Shown here: positions 18,671-28,168 of the stretch, piece by piece
Layout of the letters: each line of letters opens with the position of its first letter
Position numbering within the stretch: the stretch's first letter is position 1
DNA from: Candidatus Iainarchaeum sp.
GTDB taxonomy: Archaea > Iainarchaeota > Iainarchaeia > Iainarchaeales > GCA-2688035
Reading direction: 5' to 3'
Assembly: GCA_002688035.1 (NCBI GenBank)
Contig: NZBU01000012.1
Coordinates: forward strand, 18,272-82,271
Length of the DNA stretch: 64,000 nt
Translations under genes and position numbers: made by a program
Notes under the pieces: model-generated
Databases searched by the model: none
Seen by the model: only the letters and a program-made list of their open reading frames with translations
What the model was told of the DNA's origin: nothing

Positions 18671-20914
18671 GTGGGAAAGGAAAAAATCGAGACAGCAGGC
18701 ATTCCAATTCAGGGAATGCATTGCGCAGCCTGTGCCGTAAGAATAGAGAAGGCATTGCATAAATCACAGGGCGTTGTAAAGGCTAACGTGAATTTTGCCA
18801 ATGAAAAAGCCACCGTTGAATTTAACCCTGCTAACTCCAGTCTTGAAGAAATCTATAATATAATAAAGGATGAGGGCTACGGTATTGTGCAGGGTGGTAA
18901 GGATAGTGAGAAAGAAGCAAGGCAGAAAGAAGTAAGTGATTACAAGAGAAAAGTTATTCTGGCTTTCTTGTTGAGCAGTCCGTTAATGTATATTATGATG
19001 GCTTCAATGCTTGGCTGGCCAATACCGCAGATTATTATTGATAACAACGCGCTTGCACAATTCCTGCTCGCAACCCCTGTACTGATTGTCGGAAGACATT
19101 TCTTCATCCAGGGTTTCAAATCTCTGTTTAGACTAGTGCCTGACATGAACTCTCTTGTTGCAATAGGAGTAGGCTCTGCCTATACATACAGTTTTGTTGT
19201 AACAGTCTTCATATTATCAGGTTCAACGCTTTTCTCTGCAATGGACTTATACTATGAGGTTGCTGCTTTTCTGATAAGCTTCATTCTTTTGGGGCGCTAT
19301 TTTGAGGCAATTGCAAAGGGTAGGACTTCCGAGGCGATAAAGAAGCTTTTAGGGTTACAGGTAAAGACTGCTCTTGTTGAAAGAGAGGGCAGGGAGATGG
19401 AGGTTCCTATAGAGAACGTTAAGGTTGGTGACATAGTGATTGTAAAGCCTGGCCAAAAAATTCCTGTGGACGGGAAAATCGTGAGTGGGCACAGCAGTGT
19501 TGATGAGTCAATGATTACAGGGGAAAGCATTCCAGTGGAAAAGATTGTTGGTGACACAGTGATTGGTGCAACCCTCAACAAAACCGGGAGCTTCAAGTTC
19601 AAGGCTGAGAAAGTAGGTAAAGATACTGCTCTCTCTCAAATAATAAAGCTTGTGGAGGATGCCCAGGCAAGTAAGGCACCAATCCAGGATCTTGCTGACA
19701 AAATTTCAAATTACTTTGTGCCAACTGTAATGGGGATTGCCATAATCGCGGCCTTAGCCTGGTTTTTTGTCGGTCAAGGTTTTCTTTTCTCTCTTGCAAT
19801 TTTTATCACGGTTCTTATAATTGCTTGTCCCTGTGCAATGGGTCTTGCTACTCCAACCGCCGTAATGGTTGGAACAGGTAAAGGTGCGGAACAAGGAATA
19901 CTTATAAAAAGTGCTGCATCTCTCCAAAAAGCCCAGGAGATTAATACGGTTGTATTTGATAAAACAGGCACGCTCACAAAAGGGGAACCCGAAGTAACTG
20001 ACATATTTACTGAATCCTTGTCAAAGAAAGAAGTTTTGATGTATGCGGCTGTAGCAGAAAAGCGTTCAGAGCATCCTCTTGGAGAATCAATTGTGAACAA
20101 GGCAAAACAACAAAAGATTGTGCTAAAAGACCCAGCTAAATTTAATTCAATAACTGGCAAGGGTGTTGAAGCTAGTTTAGAAGGAAAAAATATTCTGCTT
20201 GGAAATCGCGCTTTAATGAAGGAACGTAACATTTCGGTGGAAAAGTTTGAACCTAAGCTTGCTGAGTTTGAGTCAGATGGGAAAACTGCAATGCTTGTTG
20301 CAGTTAACAAAACTGCTGTTGGAATAGTGGCGGTTGCAGATACTCTTAAAGAGTATTCAAAAGAAGCGGTTACAGCACTTCACCAAATGGGGAAACAGGT
20401 CGTGATGATTACCGGAGACAATAAGAGAACCGGTGAAGCAATAGCAAGACAGGTTGGAATCGATAAGGTTCTTGCAGAGGTGCTCCCCGAGGATAAAGCA
20501 AATGAGGTGAAGAAGCTTCAAAACACAGGAGCAAAAGTTGCAATGGTTGGAGACGGTATAAATGATGCTCCTGCCCTTGTGCAGGCTGATGTTGGAATAG
20601 CAATTGGTTCAGGAACGGACATTGCAATTGAATCAGGAGACATAGTTCTTGTAAAAGATGATCTAAGAGACGTTGTGGTTGCAATAGACTTGAGTAGGTA
20701 TGCAATGAACAAAATAAAGCAAAATTTCTTCTGGGCTTTTGTCTACAACGTTGTTGGCATTCCAGTTGCAGCAGGTCTACTATACCCTTTCACCGGTTTG
20801 CTTTTGAGTCCTGTTATTGCAGGAACCGCAATGGCTTTCAGTTCTGTAAGTGTGGTAAGCAATTCATTACTCATGAAACGCTATAAACCCAAAATAAAGA
20901 CTCGCGGAAATTAA
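18671..20914 (+). CDS. copA: Cu(I)-translocating P1B-type ATPase
   Basis: GMHCAAC, TGES, CPC, DKTGT, SEHP, GDGIND, YN and MAFSS. Confidence 0.97.
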   Translation: MGKEKIETAGIPIQGMHCAACAVRIEKALHKSQGVVKANVNFANEKATVEFNPANSSLEEIYNIIKDEGYGIVQGGKDSEKEARQKEVSDYKRKVILAFLLSSPLMYIMMASMLGWPIPQIIIDNNALAQFLLATPVLIVGRHFFIQGFKSLFRLVPDMNSLVAIGVGSAYTYSFVVTVFILSGSTLFSAMDLYYEVAAFLISFILLGRYFEAIAKGRTSEAIKKLLGLQVKTALVEREGREMEVPIENVKVGDIVIVKPGQKIPVDGKIVSGHSSVDESMITGESIPVEKIVGDTVIGATLNKTGSFKFKAEKVGKDTALSQIIKLVEDAQASKAPIQDLADKISNYFVPTVMGIAIIAALAWFFVGQGFLFSLAIFITVLIIACPCAMGLATPTAVMVGTGKGAEQGILIKSAASLQKAQEINTVVFDKTGTLTKGEPEVTDIFTESLSKKEVLMYAAVAEKRSEHPLGESIVNKAKQQKIVLKDPAKFNSITGKGVEASLEGKNILLGNRALMKERNISVEKFEPKLAEFESDGKTAMLVAVNKTAVGIVAVADTLKEYSKEAVTALHQMGKQVVMITGDNKRTGEAIARQVGIDKVLAEVLPEDKANEVKKLQNTGAKVAMVGDGINDAPALVQADVGIAIGSGTDIAIESGDIVLVKDDLRDVVVAIDLSRYAMNKIKQNFFWAFVYNVVGIPVAAGLLYPFTGLLLSPVIAGTAMAFSSVSVVSNSLLMKRYKPKIKTRGN

Positions 20915-20915
20915 T

Positions 20916-21070
20916 CTAATTTACAGCATGCTTGATAATCTCAGTAGTACAACTGTGCTTTTCTTTGCATCATTACTCGCATTTTTCTGCCCATTCGCGT
21001 TCGGCATAAGAAAAATCGCATGCCTCACAGTGAAATACTTGCACCCACCCTTCTCATATTCTTTAACCCT
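20916..21070 (-). pseudogene. Degraded small Cys/His metal-binding protein
   Basis: Start appears mutated (AGG GTT AAA), one frameshift, then HCEACDFSYAEREWAEKCE**CKEKHSCTTEIIKHAVN with in-frame TAA TGA at 20970-20975. Confidence 0.6.
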
Positions 21071-21078
21071 TAGAATCA

Positions 21079-21519
21079 CTATAGGTCTAGTTCATTAACC
21101 CACTCAGGAATCTTTTCGCCTTCAACCTTATCATAGACTGGCCAATAAGGTTTGATGTCTATTACCGGTGTGTTGTCCAAAACATCAAGGCCCTTCACTG
21201 TTATCTTGTTGCCTTCTCTTCCAAGAAGCTTTACGGTTGTAATTGCAATAGGGTTTGGTCTGGCAGGGCATCTACAAGAAAAGATTCCAACCACTGGGAC
21301 ATTAGGATTTCCCTGGGGTTTGTGAGTTATTACGTGCTTCTTAACCTTGTCCATCCAATAAACAATTATAACATGGGAATAATCATCTATTCCATTAAGT
21401 GCATCAGTGAATTCTTCGTTAAGTATTACTTCTGAAACTTCATTAGCAAAGCTTCCAAAGCGAGGTTCCTTAACATTACTTTTTACAAAACCAATTGGTT
21501 TCAAATTAATCTCGTTCAT
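21079..21519 (-). CDS. tsaA: TsaA/TrmO (YaeB/AF0241)-like SAM-binding methyltransferase
   Basis: LKPIG.V, GIFSCRCPARPNPI, GLDVLDNTPVIDIKPY. Confidence 0.9.
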   Translation of the reverse strand: MNEINLKPIGFVKSNVKEPRFGSFANEVSEVILNEEFTDALNGIDDYSHVIIVYWMDKVKKHVITHKPQGNPNVPVVGIFSCRCPARPNPIAITTVKLLGREGNKITVKGLDVLDNTPVIDIKPYWPVYDKVEGEKIPEWVNELDL

Positions 21520-21530
21520 AGTAACCTTGG

Positions 21531-22616
21531 TTATCCAAGTTCTTTAAACTCAATGCCTTTTCCAAGCGCAGCCATTTCTCTGAACACATAACTTCCGTCT
21601 TCTTCCCGTGTTCCAAGGCGCTGCATCCAAATGCTTTCAAATGAAGGGTATATTGAGAGTTCTCCCTTCAGCACGATGGCCGGAACTTTTCCAATATTAT
21701 AATCCTGAATTAAATCTGCCCCCTCGGTAGAACTAACATCAATTGTCTGCTCTTCTCCGATTGCGACAGCAAATCTTCCAAGAATGTTTTTGTGAACCAT
21801 TACATCGTAACAATTCTCACAACTTTCATCAGCAAGATAGATAATATCAATTAGTCCCTTGGTTTCCCCATTAGTAACATCGATGTAGGGTGGTGCGCTT
21901 TCAATTATATAGTAACCACTTTCTGCCTGCAGACCAGCACTTTTAAGGCTGTCTAGGATTAGTGGGTAAGCATCGATATCATCTGAGAGTAATAGTGCAG
22001 GGGCCTTTCCAATACTGTAAGTCGTGGTAAGCTCCTTTCCCTCATCTGTTGCATAACCAACTGCCTTTTCTTCACCAACAAACACGCCATTCTCTGTCAA
22101 CGAGTCAATAAAATAGCTTACATCTGCACAAACTTCACACTCATCAGCTTCAAGGATTATTGCCACGACTTTTCCAACAGTTTTGCCTGAACCAGTATCC
22201 TCGTAAGGGGCTGTTGGCTTGTCAAACACAAGTGTCTCTCCCCTCTCCTCAAAGCCGTTTGCATTTACCCTTTCAACTTCTCCTTTGAGCACAATTGCTG
22301 GTAAACGCTTTATTCCTAATTCAACTATAAGCTCTTTTGCTGCCGCAGAGTCTGCCTTTAGCCTTGTCTCACTTAGAATATTTAGGTCAGAGTTCTTGAG
22401 ATTTGCTTCTGTTCCAGAAGCAGTTACACATTCTTTACAGGAAGAGTCAATCAAAACAAGGTCTACTTTTGGAGAGGCTGACGCAAGCTTTACTTCCTCA
22501 AGCTTTGCTTTAAAGCTCTCTGAAACTTGTGGAACAGTAAACACATTGAACAATACTAGTGCGAGTAATATCCCCATTCCTGCGTATAGGATTGTTTCGA
22601 TTTCCTTATCCTTCAT
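21531..22616 (-). CDS. Membrane-anchored protein with three tandem CxxC thioredoxin-like modules
   Basis: TM, then CKEC, CEVC and CENC, each followed by an I.(R/K).PA cis-Pro loop. Confidence 0.8.
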   Translation of the reverse strand: MKDKEIETILYAGMGILLALVLFNVFTVPQVSESFKAKLEEVKLASASPKVDLVLIDSSCKECVTASGTEANLKNSDLNILSETRLKADSAAAKELIVELGIKRLPAIVLKGEVERVNANGFEERGETLVFDKPTAPYEDTGSGKTVGKVVAIILEADECEVCADVSYFIDSLTENGVFVGEEKAVGYATDEGKELTTTYSIGKAPALLLSDDIDAYPLILDSLKSAGLQAESGYYIIESAPPYIDVTNGETKGLIDIIYLADESCENCYDVMVHKNILGRFAVAIGEEQTIDVSSTEGADLIQDYNIGKVPAIVLKGELSIYPSFESIWMQRLGTREEDGSYVFREMAALGKGIEFKELG

Positions 22617-22628
22617 TTAAAAACACCA

Positions 22629-22877
22629 CTAGCATCCGCCAACCATATTTGGAAGACTTTGTAGGTTATTCTGCAAATTACTTGAAGACGAAACTTTGAC
22701 AGTGTCTTCTGACTGCAGGCTTAAACCATCAAATTCATTGTTTATTTGTTCTTTAAGGTCTGCCAACTCAATTGCTTGCACGCCTGAAAATATTATCAGC
22801 AAGCCAAGCACGGCCATTAATACAAGAACTTTTGTGTTAGCTCCGGCCTTTTCGCTTTTCTTTGTTTCTACAACCAT
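22629..22877 (-). CDS. Small single-TM protein ending in LPNMVGGC
   Basis: 82 aa, one TM, conserved tail. Confidence 0.85.
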   Translation of the reverse strand: MVVETKKSEKAGANTKVLVLMAVLGLLIIFSGVQAIELADLKEQINNEFDGLSLQSEDTVKVSSSSNLQNNLQSLPNMVGGC

Positions 22878-22878
22878 T

Positions 22879-24282
22879 TTAACAACCTCCTACCATTCCT
22901 GGTAAGTCTTTTAATTGTGAAGGGTCCTGCCCTGAAACCTGCACTCCCAAAGAAACCATATCTTGTGGGAACCACAATGTTTTCCAGCGCATAACCTCTC
23001 TCAAAACTTCTGCATCAGAGTACTCTGTGTCTCTCATTAAACCCAGTGTTATTGCTAACAGTGCTGGGTTGTGCTGACAACCACATTTTGATTTTCCAAC
23101 CTCATTAATTCCCTGCGGTCCTATCCCACAGCAGTACTCACAGCTTATTCCACGGGGGGCCGCAGCTAATTTTAAGTAGCGCTGCCATACTTCAGGACTA
23201 TTTTGCTCAACCTCGTCTGTAAATGAGTAATACCATTTAGCCAAGTAATTCAAACTGTTCACAGGATCGTCAAAAGTAATTCCCCCAAGTTCCTCACTAT
23301 AGGGTGGAGTGCCAGTAGGGTACATTGTTGCCATAACATCCTGGTCAGTTTTCGCACTCTTTAATTCCGGGAAAACTGTTGCAACTGCCATTGCTGTACT
23401 GTTTACTTCAAAAACATTTACTTTTGAAAGGTCTGCCCCGCCTACTCCATAGCCACCAGATGCCTTGGCCAGTGCCAAATCAAATGATTCTGAAATATCC
23501 CAAATTTGAACCTGGTTAAATAAAAGAATTGCAGTAACTACAAGCACACTGGCCATCAAAACATTATCCATACCCGGGCTTAGTATTGGTTTTGTTCCTG
23601 TTGTTGGGCAGGCAAGGCACTCTTTTGAATTAAGTTTGTATGATGCAAACACTAACAATGCAAGTGAAAGAACTTTTACTTCAAGTCCCTCTAACGGGAA
23701 TATGGTCAGTCCTGCACCCACTCCAACTAATGAAAGAACCAATGCGCCACAACTTGGGCAGCCCATTCCAACACCTGCAGCCACTATTCCCCCAAGGCCT
23801 GATGCACTTCCTTCTGGGTTGCGCATGATATTGTAAGCATTAACAATCAGTAAGCTGGATAATGGAATTATAATAGCCAGCGGCAAAAAATTAACAAACG
23901 TGTATTTGAACCCGCTCATCTCGGTATAGGAAAAGAGGCTGTATGAGGTGTTTGACAGCATCAGAATATAAGTGAGAATATATAGTGCGCCAGTCGTTCC
24001 AATGAATGCAAGCAGTCTTTTGTCAGTTGAAATAACGTGCTTGAATTTGTATGCGATAACTGTTGTTGCTAGCCCAAGTAAGAGTGAAACGCTTCCTGCA
24101 ACTAGAAGAGTAAGCAAAGCGTACCTGCGCGAATTCTCCATGAAATAATTAAAAAGCAAAAATTGGCTGAATGGAAATGCCATTGTTAATATGGCAAAAA
24201 GCAAAAACGATCCAATGGTTACCCCGGTAAATATTTTCGCGTATTTTTTGTCAGCTAATAACTTTTTGGCAATTGGCAACAT
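22879..24282 (-). CDS. Multi-TM Cys-motif protein ending in LPGMVGGC
   Basis: Several TMs, GCPSC, CLAC, SCEYCC, CGCQH, MVGGC tail. Confidence 0.85.
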   Translation of the reverse strand: MLPIAKKLLADKKYAKIFTGVTIGSFLLFAILTMAFPFSQFLLFNYFMENSRRYALLTLLVAGSVSLLLGLATTVIAYKFKHVISTDKRLLAFIGTTGALYILTYILMLSNTSYSLFSYTEMSGFKYTFVNFLPLAIIIPLSSLLIVNAYNIMRNPEGSASGLGGIVAAGVGMGCPSCGALVLSLVGVGAGLTIFPLEGLEVKVLSLALLVFASYKLNSKECLACPTTGTKPILSPGMDNVLMASVLVVTAILLFNQVQIWDISESFDLALAKASGGYGVGGADLSKVNVFEVNSTAMAVATVFPELKSAKTDQDVMATMYPTGTPPYSEELGGITFDDPVNSLNYLAKWYYSFTDEVEQNSPEVWQRYLKLAAAPRGISCEYCCGIGPQGINEVGKSKCGCQHNPALLAITLGLMRDTEYSDAEVLREVMRWKTLWFPQDMVSLGVQVSGQDPSQLKDLPGMVGGC

Positions 24283-24307
24283 GGTTTTCCCTTAGTTATT
24301 ATTCTAG

Positions 24308-24338
24308 TGAAACTATATATATGCTTTTATAAAACCAT
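24308..24338 (-). promoter_or_regulatory. Second copy of the copper-island promoter element
   Basis: ATGGTTTTATAAAAGCATATATATAGTTTCA on the minus strand. Confidence 0.6.
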
Positions 24339-24466
24339 CATAATTCTAAAATTAGCTCTATATCCCAAAGTATATTTTGCGAAACCGCAGGGTATTTAGA
24401 TAATTTAAAACAATATATTTGCTATCAAAAATATACTCCATCAAGTAACCTTCTGAGGGTGAAACT

Positions 24467-24577
24467 ATGGGGGCTGGATGTGGTTCCGAAGATCACGATA
24501 GTAAGGCAGAAGCTGGTCATAGTTGTCCTTGTGGTAGCGGCAAGAAGTATGAGGAATGTTGCGGAAGAGAGGAGTAA
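24467..24577 (+). CDS. Stand-alone 36-aa SEC-C motif peptide
   Basis: GAGGGTGA RBS; MGAGCGSEDHDSKAEAGHSCPCGSGKKYEECCGREE. Not in the ORF track. Confidence 0.8.
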   Translation: MGAGCGSEDHDSKAEAGHSCPCGSGKKYEECCGREE

Positions 24578-24783
24578 CTAATTAGAAATACAAAAAATTC
24601 CTCTTCTTTTAATTGCCGGTCTGCTCATAATAGTTGGCTTGGCATATTTTGTTTATCAAGGATTGCCTATTTCTCAGTATGCTGACTTTGATAGTTCTTG
24701 GTATGCCCCAAGAGCCTTGCAAAAGAAGTTATAATCTTTACTACAGATTAGACAAATAGGCAAAAAAAGAATTGTGATGCTTA

Positions 24784-25860
24784 ATGGAAACCGAAAAACT
24801 TTTACTGCAACCCAAAGACATTAAGCCATCTGTTCGTAACTGGAGCGTTCAAGGAGTCCTAAATCCCGCTGTTGCTCGTTTGCCATCAAAAAAAATTGTT
24901 TTATTTGCGCGTGTTGCTGAGCGCTCAGCCCAACACGCAAAAGGTGCTCTCCATTGCCCGGTAATAACTCACAAGAAAGGATTCAGAATTGGCGAGGAGC
25001 GCATCAGCAGGAAAGATGTTGCCAGCGTGGACGGTAATGGTATCAGGCTTAAGAATGGCATTTGCAGACTTTCGACTTTTTCTCATTTAAGAAAAGTTGT
25101 CTTGAACAAAAACGGTTTTGATATTGAGTCCATTGCAGAGAAACCAACTTTTACTGGCACTCCGCACGAGGGTCAGTATGGGGTGGAGGACGCGAGAATA
25201 ACAAAGCTCGGTCGAAAGTACTTGATGACCTATGTTTCTGTTTCTAAAAATGAAGGAGTCTCAACTTCACTTGCAATTTCCAAGAATCTTTCGCAATGGA
25301 AGAGAATGGGTATAATTTTTAGGGAACAAAACAAGGACTGCGTTATTTTTCCGGAAAAAATCAAGGGCAAGTATGTTGCCCTACATCGTCCTGAGGGATT
25401 CTTTGAATTCAGCCAACCGTCAATCTGGATTTCATACTCAAATGATCTCGTGTATTGGGGTAGAGAGAAAAGCATTATCCAGCCAAGGCCTAATTCTTGG
25501 GAGAGCCTGAGGATTGGAGCCGGAGCAGTTCCACTAAAGACCAGAGAGGGCTGGCTTGAAATTTATCATGGCGTTAAACAGGATGGTGGAAATAAAATTT
25601 ATAGTGCAGGGGCAATTCTATTGGATTTAAAGAATCCTGAAAAAATAATTGCCAGGTCTCCAAAAAACAAGCCCTTGTTCTCTCCATCCAAACAGTATGA
25701 AAAAATAGGGTTTGTCAACAATGTTGTGTTTCCAACAGGCGCGATAATTGATTTAAATAAAAAGGATTTGTTAATATATCTTGGTGCGGCTGATACTTCA
25801 ATTGCCGTGAAGAGGATGGCTTTAACTGAAGTATTCAACAACTTGGAATATATCAAATAG
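24784..25860 (+). CDS. GH130-family glycosidase/phosphorylase
   Basis: GVLNPA, GVEDARIT, NKDCVIFPEKI, LHRP, WLEIYHG, VVFPTG, GAAD. Confidence 0.92.
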   Translation: METEKLLLQPKDIKPSVRNWSVQGVLNPAVARLPSKKIVLFARVAERSAQHAKGALHCPVITHKKGFRIGEERISRKDVASVDGNGIRLKNGICRLSTFSHLRKVVLNKNGFDIESIAEKPTFTGTPHEGQYGVEDARITKLGRKYLMTYVSVSKNEGVSTSLAISKNLSQWKRMGIIFREQNKDCVIFPEKIKGKYVALHRPEGFFEFSQPSIWISYSNDLVYWGREKSIIQPRPNSWESLRIGAGAVPLKTREGWLEIYHGVKQDGGNKIYSAGAILLDLKNPEKIIARSPKNKPLFSPSKQYEKIGFVNNVVFPTGAIIDLNKKDLLIYLGAADTSIAVKRMALTEVFNNLEYIK

Positions 25861-25880
25861 GATCTATGGGAGATGGTTTG

Positions 25881-27725
25881 ATGACAGAAAAACCAAATAT
25901 GCAAGAACTTGAAAAGATTGGAAAACTTGTCCGCTATTATATTTTGGAATCAACAACCGAAGCAGGTTCAGGGCACCCTACTTCATCGCTTTCTGCCGTA
26001 GAACTTACAACAACACTAATGTTTGGGGGATTTTTCAAATTTGATGCCGATAACCCAAAAAATCCAAATAATGATAGGCTCTTATTCTCAAAAGGGCATG
26101 CTTCTCCATTACTCTACTCGCTTTGGGCGCTTGCGGGAAAAGTTAGTGAGGAAGAACTTTTAACTCTTAGAAAATTTGGAAGCAAGTTTGAGGGACATCC
26201 AATGCCAAGCTTTGAATATGCTGAGGCAGCCACAGGCTCGCTTGGACAAGGATTGTCTGTTGGAGTAGGCATTGCAATTAACGGAAAGTACATTGGCAAG
26301 CTTCCTTACAAGGTCTTTGTTTTGCTTGGTGACAGCGAGATGGCTGAGGGCTCTGTGTGGGAAGCACTAGAACTGGCCGCATACCACAAACTCGATAATC
26401 TCATTGGCGTGCTTGATGTCAACAGGCTTGGGCAGAGCAGAGAAACAATGTATGGGCACGACTTAGAAGCCTATGCAAAGAGAGTTGGCTCTTTTGGATG
26501 GCATACAATAACAATTGACGGACACAATATTGAAGAGGTCGCAAAAGCATATGAAGAAGCGTTGTCAACAAAAGAAAAGCCAGTAATGATTATTGCAAAA
26601 ACTTTGAAGGGAAAAGGCGTTTCATTTATTGAGAACAAGGACGGTCTCCATGGAAAACCATTAACCAAGGAACAATTACCAGAGGCATTGAAAGAACTTG
26701 GTGAAGTTGACAAAAGTGTGTTAGGGACAATTGCAAAGCCTGAAAACATGGAGCCTGCAAAGCCAGAGGTTAAGGGAAAGTTTGAGAAAGCTTCTTATGA
26801 GCCTGACACCGTGCTTGCAACAAGAAAAGTTTATGGTAAGGCGCTTGCCAGAATCTTCCCAAAATTCCAGAACATTGTTGCATTGGATGCAGAGGTCAGC
26901 AATTCAACTTTTTCAAAAACATTTAGGGATGAATATCCTGAAAGGTACTTTGAAATGTTTATTGCAGAGCAAAATATGGTTGGAACCGCAATCGGCCTCT
27001 CAAATCGTGGGAAGATTCCGTTTGTCTCAACATTTGCAGCATTCCTTTCCCGGGCTTACGATCAGATAAGGATGAGCCAATATTCTCAGGCAAACATAAA
27101 GATTGTTGGTTCTCATGTCGGCGTTTCCATAGGTCAGGATGGCCCATCTCAAATGGGTTTGGAGGACTTAGCAATGTTCCGTGCAATCCTAAATAGTGTT
27201 GTACTCTATCCAAGTGATGCGATTTCAGCTGACAAACTTGTTGAGGAAGCAGCAGCACACAAAGGGCTAGTTTATATCAGAACAACGAGAAAAGATACGC
27301 CACTTGTTTATGGCAATGATGAGGAATTCAAAATTGGCGGAAGCAAAGTGGTGAAGAGCAGTAATAAGGACAGTGTAACTGTTGTTGCCGCAGGAATCAC
27401 GCTACATGAAGCACTTGCCGCTTACGAGGAACTCAAGGCAAAAGACATTAACATTAGAGTTATTGATCTTTATAGTGTAAAGCCTGTTGATTCCAAGACT
27501 TTGGAAAAAGCCACTAAAGAAACCAAAGCTATAATTACTGTGGAAGACCATTTTCCTGAAGGGGGTTTAGGTGAAGCGGTAAAAAGTGCTCTTGCAAATA
27601 TGGGGGCAAAAGTGCATTCACTTGCCGTAACAAAAATGCCAAAGAGCGGTTCTCCAGATGAACTCCTCGAATATGAGGGTATTTCAAAATCTGCAATCGT
27701 AAAAAAAGTGGAAGAGGTTGTATGA
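25881..27725 (+). CDS. tkt: Transketolase
   Basis: SGHPTSSLS, TGSLGQG, GDSE..EG, FIAEQN, GQDGPSQ. Confidence 0.96.
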   Translation: MTEKPNMQELEKIGKLVRYYILESTTEAGSGHPTSSLSAVELTTTLMFGGFFKFDADNPKNPNNDRLLFSKGHASPLLYSLWALAGKVSEEELLTLRKFGSKFEGHPMPSFEYAEAATGSLGQGLSVGVGIAINGKYIGKLPYKVFVLLGDSEMAEGSVWEALELAAYHKLDNLIGVLDVNRLGQSRETMYGHDLEAYAKRVGSFGWHTITIDGHNIEEVAKAYEEALSTKEKPVMIIAKTLKGKGVSFIENKDGLHGKPLTKEQLPEALKELGEVDKSVLGTIAKPENMEPAKPEVKGKFEKASYEPDTVLATRKVYGKALARIFPKFQNIVALDAEVSNSTFSKTFRDEYPERYFEMFIAEQNMVGTAIGLSNRGKIPFVSTFAAFLSRAYDQIRMSQYSQANIKIVGSHVGVSIGQDGPSQMGLEDLAMFRAILNSVVLYPSDAISADKLVEEAAAHKGLVYIRTTRKDTPLVYGNDEEFKIGGSKVVKSSNKDSVTVVAAGITLHEALAAYEELKAKDINIRVIDLYSVKPVDSKTLEKATKETKAIITVEDHFPEGGLGEAVKSALANMGAKVHSLAVTKMPKSGSPDELLEYEGISKSAIVKKVEEVV

Positions 27726-28168
27726 AAATAATTCTTGGAGCGGATCACGCAGGATTTGCTTTAAAGGAACGCGTAAAAAAATATCTTGACCGCAAAGGAA
27801 TTGCATTCGAAGACCTTGGCACCCATTCTAAAAAATCAACCGATTATCCTGATTACGCTTTTAAAGTAGCAAAAAAAGTTGTACGCGCCAAGGGTTCGCG
27901 CGGTATACTTATTTGTGGAACTGGAACCGGGATGGTTATTGCCGCAAATAAAATTAAGGGAGTGAGGGCTGTTGCATCTACTGATAACTACTCTGCAAAG
28001 ATGTCTCGCAATGACAATGATACAAATATCCTTGGGTTAAGAGGCAGATTTTCTTCATGGGAAAAAACCAGGAAACTTATTTCAGTCTGGATTAACACTC
28101 CATTCAGCGGAAAGAAGCGCCACAAAAGAAGAATAAATAAGATGGATCGGAGGGGAACAAGTGCCTGA
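27722..28168 (+). CDS. rpiB: Ribose-5-phosphate isomerase B
   Basis: GADHAG, DYPD, CGTGTG, ANK. Confidence 0.96.
   Translation: MKIILGADHAGFALKERVKKYLDRKGIAFEDLGTHSKKSTDYPDYAFKVAKKVVRAKGSRGILICGTGTGMVIAANKIKGVRAVASTDNYSAKMSRNDNDTNILGLRGRFSSWEKTRKLISVWINTPFSGKKRHKRRINKMDRRGTSA

Noticed and set aside
20970-20975. In-frame TGA in a Cys-rich ORF as selenocysteine or stop recoding
   Set aside because: An adjacent TAA, a frameshift and a lost start indicate decay. TAA, TAG and TGA all terminate normal genes in this window.
24582-24734. 50-codon hydrophobic reading frame after the SEC-C gene
   Set aside because: No start codon; at most a gene remnant.
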